From positions 1,488,001 to 1,552,000 of the forward strand of contig OZ037835.1 of NCBI GenBank assembly GCA_964035575.1: DNA of 64,000 nucleotides, given 5' to 3'. Position 1 is the stretch's first letter. Each line of letters begins with the position of its first letter. Source of the stretch: Rhynchopus sp. YZ270_cl-10 (Eukaryota). A model generated the notes under the pieces. That model was not told the origin of the DNA. It made no database searches and worked only from the letters and a program-made list of their open reading frames with translations. The position numbers and the translations under genes were made by a program. Of this stretch, positions 58,513 to 64,000 are shown piece after piece.

Positions 58513-60210
58513 ATGTCGAAGAAGCGGCACGCAGACAGCACGCAGGACGAGAACCCACCAAAGAGAAGACAGCTTTCTGCAGACCAGGTCTTGGTGGAGG
58601 CTATCAGAACTGTCAATACGACTGCTGTGCGGGCGGTCCTTAAGAAAAGGCCACACAGAAAAACAATGGCCTTCGATGTTGTGCGAGAGGCATGCAGAAG
58701 GAACGACGATGAAAGCCTCATACTGCTGCTTCCGTATGTTGAGACAACGCAGATGGACTTTGGGATCCTGCTGAGTGAGTGTGTCCACGCATACCACGTT
58801 GCGTGCACGGAGGTCCTCTTGCAGCATTGGAAGTGCGTCTGCAAGAACACAGCGTTTGTCCTGCACAGAGAATTGCCCGCAGGTGAGGACTCGTTTTATT
58901 GTGATTTCGCCTGTCCGGCCATGTGGTCAGACCCTGCAGTGTGTCGTGTCTTGATTGATGCAGGGGCAGACTTGCATACAAAAGACGAGAAGCAACGTTT
59001 GCCTCTGCACTATGCTTGCGCTTCAGGAGCACTTGACGTTGTGAAGATGTTGGTGGTTGCAGCAGGTGCGGGAACACAGAAGTTCAAAGTCGCAGATGAC
59101 GAAGGGGAGACATGTCTTTCCTATGCGGCATCTTTTGGACGCATCGAGACTGTGCGCTATCTTGTGGGCTTGCCAGAAGTTGATGTGAATTACGCGGATA
59201 AGTACAACTACACTGCGTTGCGCGCAGCGGTGTGTCGAGAGGAAACATACATGGTGCAGGTGCTGATTGATGCAGGTGCAGACTTCAACATACTGAACCG
59301 CGACGGACTTTCACTTCTGCACGATGCTTGTGAATTTGGAGTACTCGAAATTGTGAAGATATTGGTAAGAGCAGGTGCGGGAGTGCGTGTCACAAGTGAC
59401 GAAACGCACACGTGTCTTCACGCTGCGGCACAAGAAGGACGCACCGAGATTGTGCGCTATCTTGTGAGCTTGCCAGATGTCGATAATATTATGAATCAAG
59501 AAACTGTAGAATGCAACACTGCGTTGCACTTAGCTGCGATATGTAGGAAACCAGACGTGTTACAAGTGCTGATTGATGCAGGTGCACACATCGACATACA
59601 GGACAACGCCGGGTGTTCGCCCCTGCACTCTGCTTGCGATTCAGGAGTACTTGACACGGTGGAGATGTTGGTCAGAGCAGGTGCGGAAGTGCGTGCCACA
59701 GATGACAAAGGATGGACGTGTCTTTACTTTGCGGCACGTTATGCACACACCGAGACTGTGCGCTATCTTGTGTGCTTGCCAGAGGTTGATGTGAATCACA
59801 GAGATGCTGACAACTACACTGCGTTGCACTATGCGGTGGTGAATGTAGAACCAGACGTAGTGCAGGTGCTGATTGATGCAGGTGCAGACATCAACACACA
59901 GAACAGCGAGGAGGGACGTTCGCCTCTGCACTCTGCTTGCGTTAGAGGAGCACTTGACATGGTGGAGATGTTGGTCAGAGCAGGTGCGGGAGTGCGTGCC
60001 AAGAGCGACGACGGGGAAACGTGTCTTATCCTTGCAGCACGTCGTGGACACACCGAGACTGTGCGCTATCTTGTGGGCTTGCCAGAGGTGGAACTGAATC
60101 ACCGAGACACTGCAAAGAACTACACTGCGTTGCAGTATGCGGTGGAGGAAAAGCACACAGAAGTTACACAGGTGTTGATGGATGCACTGTATGTTGTGTT
60201 TGGAGTTTGA
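58513..60210 (+). CDS. Ankyrin-repeat protein, ~565 aa, ~12 canonical repeats; paralogue of 54479-56350
   Basis: Same leader, N-terminus and 3' flank as the first copy; the ORF-track extension to 58225 runs through repeat DNA. Confidence 0.9.
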   Translation: MSKKRHADSTQDENPPKRRQLSADQVLVEAIRTVNTTAVRAVLKKRPHRKTMAFDVVREACRRNDDESLILLLPYVETTQMDFGILLSECVHAYHVACTEVLLQHWKCVCKNTAFVLHRELPAGEDSFYCDFACPAMWSDPAVCRVLIDAGADLHTKDEKQRLPLHYACASGALDVVKMLVVAAGAGTQKFKVADDEGETCLSYAASFGRIETVRYLVGLPEVDVNYADKYNYTALRAAVCREETYMVQVLIDAGADFNILNRDGLSLLHDACEFGVLEIVKILVRAGAGVRVTSDETHTCLHAAAQEGRTEIVRYLVSLPDVDNIMNQETVECNTALHLAAICRKPDVLQVLIDAGAHIDIQDNAGCSPLHSACDSGVLDTVEMLVRAGAEVRATDDKGWTCLYFAARYAHTETVRYLVCLPEVDVNHRDADNYTALHYAVVNVEPDVVQVLIDAGADINTQNSEEGRSPLHSACVRGALDMVEMLVRAGAGVRAKSDDGETCLILAARRGHTETVRYLVGLPEVELNHRDTAKNYTALQYAVEEKHTEVTQVLMDALYVVFGV

Positions 60211-60708
60211 GACATGCTCACGTACCTCGTGGCTTGGACCCTCAGATGTGTGTGTGTGGTGGTGTTTCAGTTGCATGGTAGTTAACAGATGTTCTTCTCC
60301 ACACCGTAGCACATTCAGGAAAAATATCATATTCTCTCCATTTTCTTCCAGACACACACTGGTTTTCAACAACCTCCCTTCACCCTGCAAAGTAAGGTAT
60401 AGTATTGAAATCGATGTGGGGGGGGAGTAAAGGGTCAGTAATTACAAAACCAGATTTTGAGGAAACTTTTAGCCGAAAATGGGCCCCACGTATAAGTGAC
60501 CGGGCTCAAAGAAATGACCCCACCACTGCACGGGCGGATCCCAAAAATGCAAATAAGGACCCTTTTTAATTTGTTCTCTTGAAATGCTGTAATTTCAAGT
60601 TTTCAAGAAAATAATGGCAACTGATCCTACAGGGGTTGAAGGAAGGTGTGTGGAAAACAACAACAACAAGAACAAGTGATTGCTAAGAAAAATGAACGGG
60701 GTGTGATG

Positions 60709-61625
60709 CAGGGGTCGCGCTAACTTGCTACCGACTACCGTAGATTTTTGGCGATTTTGCTCGGTACGTTTTTTTTTTGCAAACCGGGGTTTCCTTACTA
60801 AATCGGAGAAACTCACATTTCATAGTAAACGTACTATAGCGTGTTTTTGCACACACATGTGACCCCACCGTGGAGAGCAATTGGCTCGCGCAATCAAAAG
60901 AAAGCAGAGAAAAGGGGGGGAAAAAAGACAAAAGTTGGGTACCGTGCGCCTGCGGCGCTACCTACTGTTCTCAATCAAGAACTGAAAATGACCCTTCTTT
61001 ACGAGAATCGGCAGTCTCGAAAAGTGCACAGGAATAAAAAATGGTGAAAACTTAAATACCGAAAATTCGTCCATTTTTCCAAAATGACCCCATCACTTTC
61101 TGTAATTGCACCGCATCGGACGATGCGATCAACAAAAATGCTCAAAAACGCCTCCCTTTTTTCGTGATCTGGGAACATGCTTGCAGAGAATCTCATATTT
61201 CATAGTAAGGGTACTTTAGCGTGTTTTTGCGCACACATGTGACCCCACCGTGGAGAGCAATCAGCTCATACAATCAAAAGAACGCAGAGAAAAGGGAAAA
61301 AGAGAAGACAAAAGTTGGGTACCGTGCGCCTGCGGCGCTACCTACTGTTCAGTGGTGTCAAAAACACCACCATTTCATCTGAAGCTGGGTTTTCAGACCT
61401 GAAAATGACCCTTGTTTACAAGTATGGGTTCATATTTTGTGAAAATTTAAGTCACTAAAATTTTGTCCATTTTTCCGTATATCCCCCACCACAGCCTGGG
61501 ATGGGCTCGGAAATGCCACAAAACACTGTTTTTTCACCCCCTGGTGCACAGCTGTTTCAGGTACGTTTTTTGGTACCGTTTTTCCATTTTTTCGCCGATT
61601 TTCCCCAAAATTAGCGCGACCCCTG
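60709..61625. mobile_element. hAT-like MITE, 8-bp TSD GTGTGATG
   Basis: CAGGGGTCGCGCTAA ... TTAGCGCGACCCCTG; GTGTGATG at 60701-60708 and 61626-61633; close relative of 5915-7110. Confidence 0.9.
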
Positions 61626-61839
61626 GTGTGATGTGGAAACCCCCGCGCGATTTTCGAAACCACCATAGCATCCTAGCGATTTGCTGGGTGGTGCTGATAC
61701 GTCTGGTGTGATCGACGACGAGTTTTCGTCTGTGTAGTCTGTGTTCCTTCCGCACTGCTCCGACGACGACGATGCGTGGGAGCCCATGGACGACCAGTCG
61801 ACGTAGAGGAGTCTGAGGACGACAGCCCCCTTCTTGAAC

Positions 61840-61980
61840 GTTTCAGATGCAGGCGTCCCAGTGGTTCTGGTGTTCGAAGAGCGTTTTCGCATACCTGCAG
61901 AAGGGCAGAGTGCTGGGCTGTTGTAGATTATTTCTACAGGGTGGAGTTCCAGGAGCGTGGGTCCCTTTATATCCACAGCA
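61840..61980 (+). pseudogene. Helitron/Helentron Rep (HUH endonuclease) remnant
   Basis: VVDYFYRVEFQERGSLYIH at 61920-61976 matches the RepHel motif 2 pattern YxxRxEFQxRGxPHxH; upstream sequence frameshifted. Confidence 0.75.
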
Positions 61981-62316
61981 CACCCCGTTTTTTTTTTCCG
62001 GTAGCAATTACTTGTTTTGTTTCTGCGCTAATTATTTTTAATGAAAATCTTTCCCTCCCACCTTCGCCAGAAACGTTTTGATGTCATGACTGTTACTTCT
62101 TGTACTGAGGAAATAGTTTCGCTTACTAGAGAGAGCCCAGTGCAGGAAGGGCTTGACGTGGAAAAAGCAGGAGAAAAAGGGTCAGTTTGGTTCTTGATGT
62201 ACGTTACCATCCCACGTCATCACGTTTTTGATTGGGGCGAAATGAACGGACCTTTTCGTGCGCGAATGACTTTTGTTGTCACCGTTTTGGACATATCTGC
62301 TACGGCATCCATAATA

Positions 62317-62754
62317 GGCTAGTTGACGCCACGGGTCGGTTTAGGAAATTTGTCCATTTTTCGGTAAAATCGTGTCCCATACCCCCAAACCCTCCAAAAC
62401 TCTCCCGAACCCTCGCATACCCCACCATACCCAACCATACCCGGGTTTGAGAGGGTTAGTAAGGGTAGGGCACAGTGTGCCACAGTGTGGCACGGTATGG
62501 TAGGGTTTGGCAGGGTATGGGACATGATTACCCCCAAAAAAAAGGCAAACATGCGGTATGGGAGGGTATGGTAGGGTATGCGAGGGTTTTGGAGGGTTTT
62601 GGAGGGTTTTGGAGGGTTTTGGAGGGTTTTGGAGGGTTTTGGAGGGTTTTGGAGGGTTTGGGGGCATTTGAGGGCGGTGTGGTGGGGGGTATGGGACACG
62701 ATTTTCCAGAAAAATGGACAAATTTCCTCAACCGACCCGTGGCGTCAACTAGCC
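62317..62754. mobile_element. MITE with ~70-bp TIR (GGCTAGTTGACGCCACGGGTCGGTT), flanked by TA
   Basis: Long inverted ends; internal (TTTTGGAGGG)n and GGGTATGG repeats. Confidence 0.85.
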
Positions 62755-62849
62755 TAACTGACACCCCCGGAATTTCACCTTTTTTCTGATTTTTTTACAG
62801 TTCACCCCCGATGTTACACTCCCACCCCCCTCAGATTCCCCCCCCCCCC

Positions 62850-63969
62850 TAGGGGATACGACTCCAGCCATTTTGGCTGGGACCAAACGCACGGAAAATT
62901 CATTTGGCATTATCTGGCCATCTCCAAGGCAACTGCGGGTGAAAAACACCCTCAGAGTGGGTCACAGGGGGCCTGTGGGTCGAAAAACGACCCAGAAGCC
63001 ACCCCAGAATACAAAAAAATGGAAAAAAATAGTGAAAAAACGGCTTTTTTCACGTTTTGGCCACTTTGGGCAAAATAGCGATTTTTCGAGAAAAAAATCA
63101 AAAACCGGGATATTTTTTGACATCACAAAGCCTCCTTTGGCACAAATATACCCCAAAAGTGGCCTGTGAGTCCATTCCAACCTGTTTTGGACATATTTGA
63201 CACTTTTGGAAGTGTTTTTTTGGTGTTTTTAGGTCAAAAAAATGCCCAAGACGTCCCCAAGACATCCCCAAGACACTTTGCACACCCCCTGTTACGGTCA
63301 TATTTTTTTCGTTTTTTTGCCTGAAACCCCCAAAATACCCCTCCCGGACCCCACATAGTCCCGAATATCCATCACACACCCACTCAGAGTGAGTAGAAGC
63401 ACCCCAAAAAAAATATTTTTTTTGGGGTGCTTCTACTCACTCTGAGTGGGTGTGTGATGGATATTCGGGACTATGTGGGGTCCGGGAGGGGTATTTTGGG
63501 GGTTTCAGGCAAAAAAACGAAAAAAATATGACCGTAACAGGGGGTGTGCAAAGTGTCTTGGGGATGTCTTGGGGACGTCTTGGGCATTTTTTTGACCTAA
63601 AAACACCAAAAAAACACTTCCAAAAGTGTCAAATATGTCCAAAACAGGTTGGAATGGACTCACAGGCCACTTTTGGGGTATATTTGTGCCAAAGGAGGCT
63701 TTGTGATGTTAAAAAATATCCCGGTTTTTGATTTTTTTCTCGAAAAATCGCTATTTTGCCCAAAGTGGCCAAAACGTGAAAAAAGCCGTTTTTTCACTAT
63801 TTTTTTCCATTTTTTTGTATTCTGGGGTGGCTTCTGGGTCGTTTTTCGACCCACAGGCCCCCTGTGACCCACTCTGAGGGTGTTTTTCACCCGCAGTTGC
63901 CTTGGAGATGACCAGATAATGCCAAATGAATTTTCCGTGCGCAAAAAATGGCTGGAGTCGTACCCCCTA
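62850..63969. mobile_element. Second foldback element copy, spacer-less ~1.1-kb palindrome
   Basis: Arms nearly identical to 21393-22584; centre is A8TATT7-type with no loop; poly-C on both sides. Confidence 0.92.
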
Positions 63970-64000
63970 CCCCCCCCCGGGGCTGCAAGTATACGTATTA

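Noticed and set aside
62583..62660. (TTTTGGAGGG)n as a telomeric repeat
   Set aside because: Short, internal to a MITE and partly mirrored in its other arm.
1..64000. Giant-virus or prophage origin (dual-kinase receptors and ankyrin genes occur in some giant viruses)
   Set aside because: Low gene density, abundant eukaryotic-type transposons and no viral core genes in the window.

Overview
Eukaryotic (protist-like) genomic DNA: GC-rich, intron-less genes separated by AT-rich, homopolymer-rich spacers packed with nested non-autonomous DNA transposons. Intact genes are three paralogous single-pass receptor proteins, two tandem ankyrin-repeat genes and one unknown 337-aa ORF that faces a decayed inverted copy of itself. 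The receptors carry two near-identical STE11/MAP3K-like kinase domains in tandem but have interchangeable ectodomains: six LamG/ConA-like repeats plus an aerolysin/pertussis-toxin (APT)-like module in one, and RCC1/BLIP-II-like plus Cys-rich modules in the other two. All five receptor/ankyrin genes are on +, and several have a pyrimidine tract/AG upstream, which would fit a trans-splicing euglenozoan such as a diplonemid (inference only). The best candidate for a novel system is a diversifying recognition cluster: swapped lectin-like ectodomains on a homogenised tandem-kinase cassette whose first kinase varies at DFG/DFD and in its activation loop, next to ankyrin proteins varying at DARPin-like contact positions. 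Intergenic DNA holds at least five CAT...ATG elements with 6-bp target duplications, hAT-like MITEs, a ~1.1-kb foldback element inserted twice into G/C homopolymers, GTAC-cored satellites, and Helitron and CRE-like remnants. All domain assignments come from motif recognition by eye; no database searches were run.
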